Assembly (NCBI GenBank): GCA_002269645.1
Contig: NIVC01000477.1
Coordinates: 1-64,000, forward strand
Source of the DNA: Macrostomum lignano
Taxonomy: Eukaryota
Length of the DNA stretch: 64,000 nt
Direction of reading: 5' to 3'
The position numbers were made by a program, and so were the translations under genes. The notes under the pieces are model-generated. The model was given only the letters and a program-made list of their open reading frames with translations, was not told the DNA's origin and made no database searches. This document shows positions 44,601 to 58,200 of this stretch, in pieces; positions within the stretch are counted from its first letter, which is position 1; each line of letters begins with the position of its first letter.

Positions 44601-47600
44601 GTGAGCTATGTGCTATTTTCAATGTGTTGTTGAAAGTTTAAAGCTTTTCTTGATGTTTGTTATGGCAGCAACTCGCTAAAGGATCATAGAGGGTCGGAAG
44701 CATGCTTCGATGTTATTAAGAGGGTTGGAAGCACGCTGCAATGATCATAGAGGGTGGGACTCGGAAGCACGCTGCAGTCTTCAGAGAACTGAAGGATCAT
44801 AAAGGGATAGAAGCTCACTGAAGGATCATAGAGGCCGAGGGGTAGAGGCCCTCTGAAGGATCATAAAGGGATAGAAGCTCACTGAAGAATCATAGAGGGG
44901 TAGAGGCCCTCTGAAAGATCATAAAGGGATAAAAGCTCACTGAAGGATCATAGAGGTGTAGAAGCTCACTGGAGGATCATAGAGGTGTAGAAGCTCACTG
45001 AAGGATCATAGAGGTGTAGAAGCTCACTGAAGGATTATAGAGGTGTAGAAGCTCACTGAAGGATCATAGAGGTGTAGAAGCTCACTGGAGGATCATAGAG
45101 GTGTAGAAGCTCACTGAAGGATCATAGAGGTGTAGAAGCTCACTGAAGGATCATAGAGGTGTAGAAGCTCACTGAAGGATCATAGAGGTGTAGAAGCTCA
45201 CTGAAGGATCATAGAGGTGTAGAAGCTCACTAAAGGAGAGAGGGGTGAGCGAGAGAGGGGATGAGGGAGAGGAGGGATGAGGGTAAACCAGGAAAGAGCC
45301 TAGGGGGTTAAAAGCCAATTGAATAATTATGGAAGGGTTTTAAAGACTCAAAATGTTAATGAAGGAAATTCAAAGGTTTTGGGGTGCATATTTCGCATTT
45401 TGCAGTCAGCCTTATTGACTGTCAAATAAAACGATGTGCTTGCTTTTGTGGAATGATTCACGCAATGAAGATTTTTTACGAGTAAGACTGAACTTCCTTC
45501 CTAATCCAGCTTGGGTCTGTATTGAATCTTATGGGTTTATGCTAATTAAGGGCAGGGTTTCATTGACATTTTAATCCTCACACTCGGGAAGAAGAGGGAA
45601 CGTCTGATTTTTTGTTTTATTGTTATTGTCTTAGAAAACACAGACTACATGTATTAGCAGCCTGCAAAGTCCGGGTGCAGAACAGATCGTTTTTTTAAAA
45701 AGTGTAGCCTCGAAGTAGAGAAAAAAGCACAAATAAATTTGGTTAATTCGTTCACGACCCGGCTTAGGAAAAATCTTCTCTCTCTATATTGCTTTGCACA
45801 TGCATTTCCCTTGGGATTATTAGCAGGCCAGGAATTGGGATAATTACCTTAGGGAGGCCAAGAGAGGAAGCAATTTATTTGCGCAGCAGTGGAACACTTT
45901 CATACGGTATAATATATAGCATGGGGAGAGCGAGTTAAAATTAGTGGATTCTCGGTGCAAAAAACTGCTCAAAATTGTTCGAGTAATTTTAATTATCCCT
46001 TATTTTTCGTTTTTTGTTATTCAACTAATAAATTTCTGTCTGTTTTAATTTACAGCGAAGAACTCGAGCTCAAAAACTTTTGCTCTACTCAAGCTTGTAA
46101 TCTTTAAAACATTAGAGTGGGACTCGAGATCGAGACCTCTATCACAATAAGGTAGACTCCAGGACTCGAGCTTAGGACCACTATCACAATAAGAGTAGAC
46201 TCCAGGACTCGAGCTTAGGACCTCTTTCACAACAAGGTAGACTCCAGGACTCGAGCTCGAGACCTCGGCTTTATCACAATAAGAGTAGACTCCAGGACTC
46301 GAGCTTAGGACCTCTTTCACAACAAGGTAGACTCCAGGACTCGAGCTCGAGACCTCGGCTTTATCACAATAAGATTAGACTCCAGGACTCGAGCTTAGGA
46401 CCTCTTTCACAACAAGGTAGACTCCAGGACTCGAGCTCGAAACCTCGGCTCTATCACAATAAGATTGGACTCCAGGACTCGAGCTCGGGACCTCTATCAC
46501 AATTAGATAGACTCCAGGACTCAAGCCCGGGACCTCTATCACAATTAGATAGACTCCAGGACTCAAGCCCGGGACCTCTCACAATAATATAAATAGACTC
46601 CAGGATCAAGCCCAGAACCTCTCACAATAATATAAATAGACTCCAGGATCAAGCCCAGGACCTCTCACAATAAGATAGATAGACCCCAGGACTCAAGCCC
46701 GGGACCTCTATCACAATTAGATAGACTCCAGGACTCGAGCCCAGGACCTCTATCACAATAAGGTTAGACTCCAGGACTCGAGCTCGGGACCTCTATCACA
46801 ATAATATTAGACTCCAGGACTCGAGCTCGGGACCTCTTCGACAACAAGATGCCAGCAAACTTAATGACCCGAGCTTGAGACGTGCAGGCATAGTAGCTGA
46901 CTGAAAGCAGAAAAAACGTAAGTAAATAGTAAATTTATTAAGTCTCAAATCGGCTTCTTAACCCGCAGGCCCAGCTGAATGCGTGAAAGCCGCTCTGCAA
47001 GTCATCAAAAAGCGATTCCCCGAATTGGACGTAAAGCCGATTAATACCGCTGTGCCAATTCAGAGGAACCCGGCCCTACAGCCAACCATGTGTCAAGTGA
47101 GTGTCTTCTTGACTGTCTGTCTGTAGACCTGTTCACGCGACAGTTCAATCAATGTAGCTAGTTTAGCTTGAACAAGATCTAGTGCTAGTAGTTCGATTGT
47201 TTGGCCTAGTTCTCAGTCCTAACCACTTGCTGGATTAGTGTATGTCTATTTGTCTCATTACTGGGTTGCATTCGCCAACCCCCCTCCCAGTGAGCTGATC
47301 TGATGAGACGATGATGAGAAACGTTGATGTTAAACACAAACTGTGAAAACACAGAAAAAATGGAATATTGCGCAGTTTTTGCAATGTTTGTAGCGACTCT
47401 CCGTTCGCGAGCACATTTCATATTTCATTTGTTGGTTTGTCGTGCCGGGAATGGGAACCAGCCATTGATTATTAGTTTTGATTTTTAATAATTTAATTCA
47501 ATTAGCAACTGTCTAGACAGAAAAAACAAGCCGTCTAAGTTGAGCACTTTTAGAGTTTATAGTTACTAAATAATTCATTAGAGAGTGTTTTTTCAACAAG

Positions 47601-50600
47601 TCAGGGCTTTGTTTGATGCGAGCTAGCAGGCTTTCACAGTAAATTAGGGACAGTGGCTGCTTTCTTGCTTGCTTTTGCTTTTGTCTTCTTTGTGTCATTG
47701 TCTTCTTTCAGAAGCAGTGTTTTCTCCTTTTAATCGAAAATTTCTTTCAACTGCACCGGCCTACGGTATTGTAGCATTTTTTTTTCAGAATTCTAACTCT
47801 ACATTTTTGACCAAATTTCTAGATCCCTTCTATGTGGTTTTTCCCTAACGTTTAAAACTGTAAGCTTCAAGTGAAGTATCAAAGTAGATTCAAATTCTAT
47901 ATAGACTTTCTTCAATTCTTGTTCATTTTTCTTACAGAGGATTTTATAGATATAAAAATATGACTAATGCCAGCAAGGACGAGTGTTGCAAGAGAAGTTA
48001 CTCAATCCCATATTTTCTCCCAACATATTTGAGTCGTAAAATTTTCAGCTGCTCTCACAACACAGTTGGGGGTCACGGAGTGGGCCAAGGACTGTTAAAT
48101 CTATCCAATAGGTCTGTCAACTCTCAACTCGTCCCACACTGTAGCATTTTATTAATATTCCTCTCAACTCTCCGGCTTACTGGATTTTAAACAAGCAACA
48201 AGTAATATTTGCTTTGCCCGTAGCCCACGAGGCCCCTATAGTTATTTTTTATTATGCTTATTTACTAAGCCTTATACGCGGTGTGGACACCAGTCCCTTG
48301 TCCAGGTGCAAAATAAAATTTGATCAAATAGGCAGACAGTCCCTCCCACATCCAATGCGTTTGTGAGTCATTCAACATTCTGAATTGAAACAGAGAAACC
48401 TTCCGGGATGTAGAATTTCTCTTTTATTTGTGAGGCCAATCATTTCAACTAGGGCCTAGAAGGTTGCCTAGGTGAGGAGGTGTATAACTACTGAACAGCA
48501 CCACCTGTCTGCCAGACGTAGGGGGTCGGCAAACTCTAGCGGGTCTGCTCGAAGCTTGTGTCTCTTCTCGGCTCTCTCTTCTTTCTTCTCTGCTATCCTC
48601 TCTTTTCTTTCTTCTCTTTTAATGTAAAAGAGAAGTAAACACATCATCATGACCTGTTTGTCGGCGGAAACATTAAATTCGATTATCATTTTATCTAATA
48701 AATAAGGTATACTAATTGTGTATGCTATGATAGTATCTAGAGTCCATAGTATCTAGATTTTCATAGCTGTTGGGGGGGGACATCACAAACCTGAATAATC
48801 ACAACCCCGAAAACCAAAATAGCATTGGCCATCATAATCCCGAAATATCACGAACCCAAAATATCATAATTCCGAAAGTTCTAGCAATATCCAACACTAT
48901 TTTGGTTTTCGGGTTTGTGATATTTCGAGTTTGTGATATTTCGGGTTTGTGATATTTTGGGTTTGTGATATTTCGGGTTTGTGATATTTCGAGTTTGTGA
49001 TATTTCGGGTTTGTGATATTTTGGGTTTGTGATATTTCGGGCTTGTGATATTTCGGGTTTGTGATATTTCGGGTTTGTGATATTTCGGGTTTGTGATATT
49101 TCGGGTTTGTGATATTTCGGGTTTGTGATATTTCGGGTTTGTGATATTTCGGGCTTGTGATATTTCAGGTTTGTGATATTTCGGGTTTGTGATATTTCGG
49201 GTTTGTGATATTTCGGGTTTGGGATATTTCGGGTTTGTGATATTTCGGGCTTGTGATATTTCAGGTTTGTGATATTTCGGGTTTGTGATATTTCGGGCTT
49301 GTGATATTTCGGGCTTGTGATATTTCAGGTTTGTGATATTTCGGGCTTGTGATATTTCGGGCTTGTGATATTTCAGGTTTGTGATATTTCGGGCTTGTGA
49401 TATTTCGGGCTTGTGATATTTCAGGTTTGTGATATTTCGGGCTTGTGATATTTCGGGAAAAAGAGAACTTCAGACTTTTGCTTCACTCATCGGTTTGCTG
49501 CTGTTCAAGAAGTTATTGACCCGCGCTTTGTTCCATTGTGAGGGGGGTGTGTCCTCTATCCTTTCTCCTGTGGGTTAACATTGTCCATGTCAGCTGACTA
49601 TAAGTTAAGGCTCCTCTGTTTGATTTCTGTAGACTAGTGTGTGTGTGCGCGCGCCATTGCCCCTTGGCCACGTGGGCGCTGACTGGGTGTGTCTGCTGTT
49701 TCATATTTGAACAACTGTTGCCGTTCTCTCACGTTCCCCCCCCTGTGCCTCTTGGCAACGGAACAAAGAATTCTAGGAATTGTAAGCTAATTCGATAAGG
49801 AAAAAGAGATATCGTAGGTCTTATTAATCATTTCAGCTTGCTGCAACATCTTGAACCACTTCGCTAGATATAATATTTCACTCAAGATACTCAGTTTTCC
49901 TCTGCTATCTGCGGCAAAGCTGACTGACTTAAAGAATGCGATAGAACAGCTGCTATTGCTCTTATCCTTTATCGTAACTAATTCTAACCCTTAATATTGT
50001 AGCGTAGGAGAGTTGTCTGACCTCTATTTGTTCAGAGCTCCCCGTTCCCTCTCGGGAGCTCGCAGCTGCTCAAAGCTGCTCAACGTGTTTCAGAATCGAA
50101 TTGAAGTCCCTTCAAGGCATTGATAAGAGCTTGAAGGAAAGCTTCTATTTTATTAGCTGAGACTTCCTGTATGACATAAATCTAGAGAACGATTGGAGCG
50201 CATATCTGCCTGTCTGTCTACTGTGGGCTCCTCTTATCTCTGCGTAATTCTTGGCCTAGGCTAGGGGGTTGCAGGGTCTGTTTTGGCATGCATTTAGCTG
50301 CTTAGCAAATATTTAAGCCCGAATCTTTATTACCTTGTAGAAGCATATTAGTTGAAGAAAAGGTGAATTTTGTGTATGTTTCACCCACCCTGATGCATAC
50401 ATGTGTATACAGTTTTGTAAAGCGTCAATAAATCATTTTCGGCCAAATTCGAACTTGCAGCAATATCCAGTAGGCTATAGTTTACAGCCTATCAGCTTGG
50501 AAGATGATGAATCACCCAGAAGCAGCATAAAGCGCAAATGCATGTAATATATGCGTATATGCCTACAGTAGTCTTCTAGTCTTCTACTGTCTCCAGTGCT

Positions 50601-53357
50601 CTACGCTGATGCACAGTTAAGATTCTGTGTTCCTTAGTTACGGACTTATAGGTTTGTCCTATATAATACTGTAGCTTAGGATTAGTTAGATAGCCCCTTT
50701 GTGCGGTATGAACAAAGACTCTATAAAGACTAGTTAGAGTATTGACATCTTTTTGCGCATTCTGTCTGGGGGGGGGGGTCTGCAGGCCTGTCTGTGTCTG
50801 GCTAGAGGGTCTGAATTTAGTCCAAGATTTTTGCACCTAAAATGCCCCTCCCTATCTTTAGTATCAAATTTCTTTCAAGCATTGCAATGCAGCGCCCGCA
50901 AACCTTTTACTTCAAGGGCCAAATAAATAAGAGATTTGGAAAAAATTTAATTAGCTTTATAATTATAATTTTTAGGAGAGTCAACACCTGAGAGTCTAAG
51001 GTGAGGTCAAAGGGGGTCAACTGAGAGTCTAGTGGGGTCTACGGAGAGGTCAAAGAGGGTCAACAGACTCAACACCCGAGAGTCTACGGAGAGGTCAAAG
51101 GGGGTCAACTAAGAGTCTAGTGGGGGTCTACGGAGAGGTCAAAGAGGGTCAACAGACTCAACACCCGAGAGTCTACGGAGAGGTCAAAGGGGTCAACACC
51201 TGAGAGTCTACGGTGAGGTCAAAGGGGGTCAACTAAGAGTCTAGTGGGGGTCTACGGAGAGGTCAAAGAGGGTCAACAGACTCAACACCCGAGAGTCTAC
51301 GGAGAGGTCAAAGGGGGTCAGAACCTGAGAGTCTACGGTGAGGTCAAAGGGGTCAACTGTCAACACCTGAGAGTCTACTGAGGGTCTACAAAGAGGTCAA
51401 AGGGGTCAACACCTGAGAGTCTACTGAGGGTCTACAAAGAGGTCAAAGGGGGTCAAATGACCCCCACAGAAAAATCTAGAATTTACCCTGGTAATATAAT
51501 ATATCGATTTATGGGTAGTGTAAATTAACAAAAAAGTAATTTTTACATTCAAACGAGTCCCAAGGTCAAACTCTAGGGGTGGGAGGTCAATGGAGGTCAG
51601 CTGACCACCATTTAAAATACGTTTCTGTAGAAACTATCCACACGATTTTGATTGCTCCAGCTAAGCCTGCCAGTCGGAGCTCTGGTCGACGTAAACGTTT
51701 GCGCAATGTGCCGCGGCACCACCGTGTTTATGCAGCAGCCGACTCATCCCAGTTTCCATCATCTGGAAAAGATGGATTATACTATTATGAAGCACTATGC
51801 CGATCAGTCTAGCGTGCCGGCCCTGCCCAGGCCAGTTAATCCTGGCGCCGTCTGTGTGGCCCCATTTGGCAACGCCTGGCATCGGGCCATTATTGCCGAC
51901 GTCTTCCCCGAGGAGGACCTGGTGCTGATGAAGTATCTGGACTGGGGCGGCTACGAGAGAATGCCCGTTGGCTGTCTGAAACAGATTCGGTGAGTTTTTT
52001 ACCGTTTGAGAACTGGTGTAAGATGTGGTTGCTAGGGAAGCTAGTGGGAGGACGGTTGCTAGGGAAGCTAGTGGGGGACAGTTGCTAGGGAAGCTAGTGG
52101 GAGGACGGTTGCTAGGGAAGCTATTGGGGGACAGTTGCTAGGGAAGCTAGTGGGGGGATGGTTGCTAGGGAAGCTATTTGGAAGGCATGGTTGCTAGTGA
52201 AGCTAGTTGGAAGGCTGGTTGCTAGGGAAGCTAAGTTGGAGGGCATGGTTGCTAAGGAAGATAAGTTGGAAAGCATGGTTGCTAGGGAAGCTTGAAGTAT
52301 ACATGGTTGCTAGGGAAGCTTGCGGTATACATGGTTTCTAGCTCAACTTAGAGTCCATAGCAAGCTTCAGTGGAGAACTTGTATCCCTGTTATGACGCAT
52401 TTAAAATTTATAAATATTTATTACATCCCCGGGTCTCTACTATTTTGCGTTTCTTATTATAAATAAAGCTAGTTTAGTTTAGCGCCTTGATATAAGTCAG
52501 TCAGTGGGTTTGCAGAATAAGAATCTGTAATTCTATATTTATGAAGCTATAAAATTTCAATGGCGGTAAAGGCCCGTATTGCGCAGTGCATGTTTCTGTG
52601 TATTTGGGTATATTTTTATTTATATCTTCTGACTTTCTGTGCAAATCCAGCTGTACAAACTCAATAGGCCGCGGCTGCAAGCAAGGCTTAAAAGAGAATA
52701 TTTTATTTGATCAAAGTGAAAAACCTGCGCATTTAAAGCCACCGGGTGCTGTCGTGTTGTTTGTGTCTCAACCTTCCATGCAATCCTTCTATCACCAATT
52801 GAATTCTTGCGTCTTTTTTCTGCTGCCCTCTCGTCTGCGTTCTCTATAAATTATAAAAATAACATTTCCGTTCTGCACTCGCATTGAACCTGAGGCTTTT
52901 TTGGCGGCAGCGGGCTTAATTGCTGGTCTCTATAACCTGCTTTGTAGGTTTTTTTGCAAATTGGAATGCCTTGGTTTAGTCGGGAAGAACTGGCCAGATT
53001 TTAGGTTCTTGGTTCTGTGTTAGGTCTCTAGGTTGTCAACTAGTTATACAGTTAATGAGCTGGTTAGTTGTTTGGTTGGTTAGATAGCTATTTAGTTAGT
53101 TAGTCAGATAGCTAGTTAATTAGTTAGTTAGTTAGTTAGTTAGTTAGTCAGTTAGTTAGTTAGGTAGTTAGCTAGCTAGTTAGTTAGTTAGTTAGTTAGT
53201 TAGTCAGTTAGTTAGTTAGTTAGTCAGTTAGTTAGTTAGGTAGTTAGCTAGCTAGTTAGTTAGTTAGTTAGTTAGTTAGTCAGTTAGTTAGTTAGTTAGT
53301 CAGTTAGTTAGTTAGGTAGTTAGCTAGCTAGTTAGTTAGTTAGTTAGTTAGTTAGTC

Positions 53358-53388
<31 letters not shown>

Positions 53389-53389
53389 C

Positions 53390-53436
<47 letters not shown>

Positions 53437-53572
53437 CAGTTAGTTAGTTAGTTAGCTAGCTAGTTAGTTAGTTAGTTAGTCATCCAGTTAGTTAGTTAGT
53501 TAGCTAGTTAGTTAGTTAGTTAGTTAGTTAGTCAGTTAGTCAGTTAGTTAGTTAGTTAGTTAGTTAGCTAGC

Positions 53573-53604
<32 letters not shown>

Positions 53605-53673
53605 CAGTTAGTTAGTTAGTTAGTCAGTTAGTTAGTTAGTTAGCTAGCTAGTTAGTTAGTTAGTTAGTTAGTC

Positions 53674-53707
<34 letters not shown>

Positions 53708-53778
53708 CTAGCTAGTTAGTTAGTTAGTCAGTTAGTTAGTTAGTTAGTCAGTTAGTTAGTTAGTTAGTTAGTTGGTTG

Positions 53779-53811
<33 letters not shown>

Positions 53812-53869
53812 CTAGCTAGCTAGTTAGTTAGTTAGTTAGTCAGTTAGTTAGTTAGTTAGTTTGTTAGTC

Positions 53870-53901
<32 letters not shown>

Positions 53902-53998
53902 GGTTAGTTAGTTAGTCAGTTAGTTAGTTAGTTAGTTAGTCAGTTAGTTAGTTAGTTAGTTGGTTGGTTAGTTAGTTAGTTAGTTGGTTAGTTGGTTG

Positions 53999-54051
<53 letters not shown>

Positions 54052-54150
54052 CTAGCTAGTTAGTTAGTTAGTTAGTCAGTTAGTTAGTTAGTTAGTTGGT
54101 TAGTTAGTTAGTTAGTTAGTCAGTTAGTTAGTTAGTTAGTTAGTTAGTTG

Positions 54151-54200
<50 letters not shown>

Positions 54201-54221
54201 CAGTTAGTTAGTTAGTTAGTC

Positions 54222-54260
<39 letters not shown>

Positions 54261-54326
54261 CAGTTAGTTAGTTAGTTAGTTAGTCAGTTAGTTAGTTAGT
54301 TGGTTGGTTAGTTAGTTAGTTAGTTG

Positions 54327-54401
<75 letters not shown>

Positions 54402-55287
54402 GTTAGTTAGTTAGTTAGTTAGTCATTCAGTCAGTTACTCAGACAGTCAGCTAGTTAGTAAGTTAGTTACTAATCTGGTTAGTGAAAGTTAGTCAAGACC
54501 TTGATAAGCACAGGTTGTTCTTATTAATATGAAATGGTTGCTGAACATCATTATTCTGTGCATACAAAATTATCTTAATGCTCCAGAAAGTATCCACAAG
54601 GGCATTTCATTCTCGTTAGTCACGTGTTCTTGCAAAAAACGCTATAGAATCCCAGGCTTGGGAAATGCAAAAGGCTGGAATGCAAAATGCGATATATGCG
54701 TTGCACTTTTGTGCGCAGAAGACAGAAAGCGTAGTGTAAGTTGCTTTTGTCTAGGAAAGAAACAACCAATCTGTTAATATGTATCTTGCTTGTAATGCAA
54801 TTATATCTTTCTTTAATTATCTGGAAACTGCTAGGGAAGCTAATGGGGGGACTGTTGCTAGGGAAGCTAGTGGGTGGACTGTTGCTAGGGAAGCCCACTG
54901 TGGTCAGAAAAGGTGTTGCTCCAGTCACCAGGGTGCCCACAACCATCCTGCGATTATTGTTATTGCCCCCGCAGCACGGAGATGATGCACCTGCCTTTCC
55001 AAGCAGTCGAAGGCCATCTGGCTTACGTGTCGCCCATCTTGACCGATGACGAGGACCCAGACTCTCAGCTGGAGCAGCTGAGCCGCATTCTGCACGAGCG
55101 CTACCTGACAGGCAAGCGTATCAAGGCTCAGGTGGTGTACTTTAATGACGTCAGCCAGCCTTGTGTCTACCTGTACACTAAGGATGTCCAGTCTGACAGC
55201 TGGCACTTCCTGCAGGAGGACCTGGTTCGGGACGGCCTGGCCCAGTGGTTCCAGATGCCTCATCCGCAGCCGCAGATGCCGCAATAA
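43436..55287 (+). CDS. AKAP1: AKAP1-like mitochondrial outer-membrane KH-Tudor protein, 4 coding exons, about 644 aa
   Basis: N-terminal hydrophobic anchor followed by basic residues (ALLAGGVSISAIILLIYLKLR), low-complexity linker, KH domain (IPNKLGGSMVGTRGRNINYIRAKSGA), extended Tudor domain (FMQQPTHPSFHHL, CVAPFGNAWHRA, YLDWGGY, LPFQAVE, LVRDGLAQW). Confidence 0.88.
44790..45236. repeat. 29-bp minisatellite (gaaggatcatagaggtgtagaagctcact)n
   Basis: direct reading. Confidence 0.93.
46120..46840. repeat. about 40-bp minisatellite (agactccaggactcgagc...ggacctct...cacaa)n
   Basis: direct reading. Confidence 0.92.
46969..47096 (+). CDS. AKAP1: AKAP1-like exon 2 (KH C-terminal helix, GPAECVKAALQVIKKRFP)
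   Basis: acccgcag acceptor, CAA|gtgagt donor; absent from the ORF track. Confidence 0.88.
48775..49456. repeat. 16-bp minisatellite (ggtttgtgatatttcg)n preceded by inverted copies of the same unit
   Basis: direct array 48905-49456; inverted units at 48780-48885. Confidence 0.92.
50980..51460. repeat. composite array (gagagtctacggagaggtcaaagggggtcaac...)n rich in RGGTCA motifs
   Basis: direct reading. Confidence 0.9.
51661..51989 (+). CDS. AKAP1: AKAP1-like exon 3 (Tudor)
   Basis: gctccag acceptor, CG|gtgagt donor. Confidence 0.92.
52025..52340. repeat. about 27-bp minisatellite (ggttgctagggaagctagtgggaggac)n; same unit recurs at 54828-54895
   Basis: direct reading. Confidence 0.9.
53060..54485 (+). 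repeat. long (GTTA)n tetranucleotide array
   Basis: direct reading. Confidence 0.97.
54975..55287 (+). CDS. AKAP1: AKAP1-like terminal exon
   Basis: ccccgcag acceptor; TAA stop overlaps an AATAAA at 55283-55288. Confidence 0.9.
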
Positions 55288-58200
55288 AAAAACTTGTTTG
55301 AGTTTTTTGATTATAAAAAGTGTCTATTAATATCGTTGGACGTTGTGGGTGTTTTGCGTTTCCTAATTTATGAAAGCTTAATGATAAATTTTTTTTTAAA
55401 TATTGTTGTCATTAATTCTACTGTTATTAGTATCCCGTTGTGTTTGCGCATTTTTTGTACTACTGTTGATGTCTTCTATTGTCATTGTCATTATAGTCCT
55501 GTTGTGTGCAAAGCAAAATCCGAGGTTTCCCCGAGTCCCGGGAACTCATTATTATCAATTTAAAATTCAACCGCAAAAACATTGATTACCTGTCTAATCC
55601 TCGGGTTTTGGTTCAGTTATTGAGAATTTATTCAATATAATATTGCAGTTTATACTAATAAATCATGTTTATTTATTGCTAACAATTATGTAATACGCAT
55701 TTTGTGTTTTTTTTGCTTTTTACTGGTTTTTTCGTTTGTTTCTGGTCTCGGTTTTTTCTTTGTTGCGTTTCTGTTTACGGGTTATTTCCAGTTCGCCCTG
55801 CTATTGGCGAAAGTTCTGGTTTGTTGGTTTTACCTGCGTATCGCTCAATTTATTAACATTATGTCATTAATCACTGCTTAGTAACAATGCATATTTATAT
55901 ATTGCTTTGCTTTGTGCGCCATGGCTACACACTTTATTAACCTGTAGCCAATTATATTAAAGTAAGACTCACTCACGCATAAAATATAAATCGGATAACT
56001 TGGATATTTTGGCTAAAATGTGTACTTTTTGTCATTTTTTAACCTTCTTTCGATCTGGACTCGTTACTCTTTGTTGCCTGAAAAAGGTTTATTTATTTCA
56101 TTAATTTCAGCGTAATTCACAACATCTTTTGAATCTACTAATATCTGTAAACTGCACAATATCTATATATTTATATTTCTGAAGTTTTCATAACCGGTTC
56201 AAAGTCTTATCGTGCAAAACATTTTTTGTGTTATTTATTGCCAGTTGAAATTTGCATCTTTATTTATATTTTTTGCAATTGCGATTGAATTAATTTTATG
56301 CTTATTGTTATATATTTAATTATATGAATCTTAATATAATTGTCTATTTTTAATAGTTTCCATTGTTCTCGATTTATATGGTTTTATGTTTATTACTGAC
56401 TTGTCTTACGAGTACTTATTACTGGTTATAAAAATCTAGGTATTTAAATTTAATAATCTAAATCAAACAAAGATCAGTTTTGTTATAAAACGAACGACCA
56501 CTCGCTTCATCAATTTAGAAAAGTTAATGTATTAAAATTTGTTATTTTGTTAGTTTAAAGTGTTTTCTTATCCGCAAAGTAGCACTTTATATTAGCTTTA
56601 CCGTGTCGTGAAGTTCTATCAATCATTGTTGGTTTTTTTTATTACAATAAACTTCAAATTATAAACTGTTTTTGTCAGCGCATTTTTACCGTTTGATTTT
56701 TTTTACAGTCAGGTAAATTTATTTAGACATTATTGTGCTCTTGTCTACTAGCCTACATTCATTCTTTAAATTGTTTTTGTTTGTTTTGCAATACGAGCGT
56801 GTATGGGTCAAGTTTTTAGGTTCTGAATTAAAATATATATTTATAAAATGCTACTTTTAGCTCATTTAAATTAAAAAAAGCTTTGGGTTTTGTGGCCTTT
56901 TTAAAGCAGTTTGAATATTTTTAATACTAACCATCTCTGTCCATTTTGTTATTGTTATTTTGGTTTTCCCAGCAGTCTTCGTGTTTTCCCTAACGCATAT
57001 TATTCAGTTGTGCATTCAAGTTCAGCAGTTTGCGTTTAACTATTGTTTTTCCTTGTTAATAAATATAATATTTTCTGTTCTTAAGTAACAATATTTTTGT
57101 TTCCAACAACAAGTTTTTTAACCATACCGCATATTATAATGTATTGTCATTTTCGGTGCATTGTTGTCCATATTTTATTTAATGTAACTTTCGCACAGCT
57201 TATTTTTATAGTTGGTCAATTTATAAAATATTTTTATTTATTACCACTGACTACTATATTGTTGCAGCTTGAGCTCGTATAGCTTCGAATTATTGTAATT
57301 TGTCATTGTCACGTGGTATGTCTAAAAACACCCCCGTATATTTTGAATAAGCGTCAGAAAGAAAGTACGATGCGTCTTTTTCTAAAAAAAATAAATCAGA
57401 TTTTGAAGCTAATAGCTGTAATCCTATAATAAATAAGCACTTTTTCAATAATTTAAATATATATCCATTTCTTCTGCGCACCATTTTTTGAAAGTGTTTG
57501 TTAAAGTGTTCAATATTAATAGCTGTTACACTCAAATATATAATCATTTTCTGGAATTTCCCATTTGTTATTTACTTATAAGTACGTGTCATGTACTTAC
57601 AAAAATGACGGAGCCTTATCTATAATTTATGTATTTATCAATAATAAACTTTTCAATGGATGCATGAATGAAATCATTTATGATAAAATTAATTTCTGGG
57701 CATAAATAACACAATGGCTATACAAAAAGATTGAAGAAAATGAAATACACGTAAGGGAAAGTGGCGCGGTAGCGTAGCAGAATAATCAAATCCTATCTCG
57801 ATGAACATGTAGGTCTTCACAGCCCTTGGTAGGATATTAGGAAAATGGGGATCTTATCTCGACTGGAGCCTCTAGAATGAAATTGAATTATGGAAAAATG
57901 GACGACCAAAATTATTTAACCATAAAGTCATTTGGAGTAGGACTAACACTGTACGTCGTATTGTATATACATCATGGCGTATTCGTTAAGTCGCAGGAAT
58001 ACTCTGATAGGACATTAAATTTAAAAAAAAATACGATCCATTTTTAACAGAAGAAATGTTTTATGCAGAACAGTATTGTTAACAAACAATATTTGAAAAG
58101 GAAAAAAGATATTTTGTTATTGCGGCTTATTGTTTATTTACGATGATAGTGCACGTTTTTAACATGATTTCACTATGCTTTTTTGTTATCGCGACTGGGC

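Noticed and set aside
47295-47332. CTGATGA...GAAAC hammerhead-like string
   Set aside because: No stem II or stem I pairing can be formed.
57290-57547. 85-aa minus-strand ORF in AT-rich DNA
   Set aside because: No recognisable motif, AT-rich codons unlike the real exons, and no splice support.
57761-57800. tRNA A-box-like GTGGCGCGGTAG
   Set aside because: No B box or cloverleaf follows.
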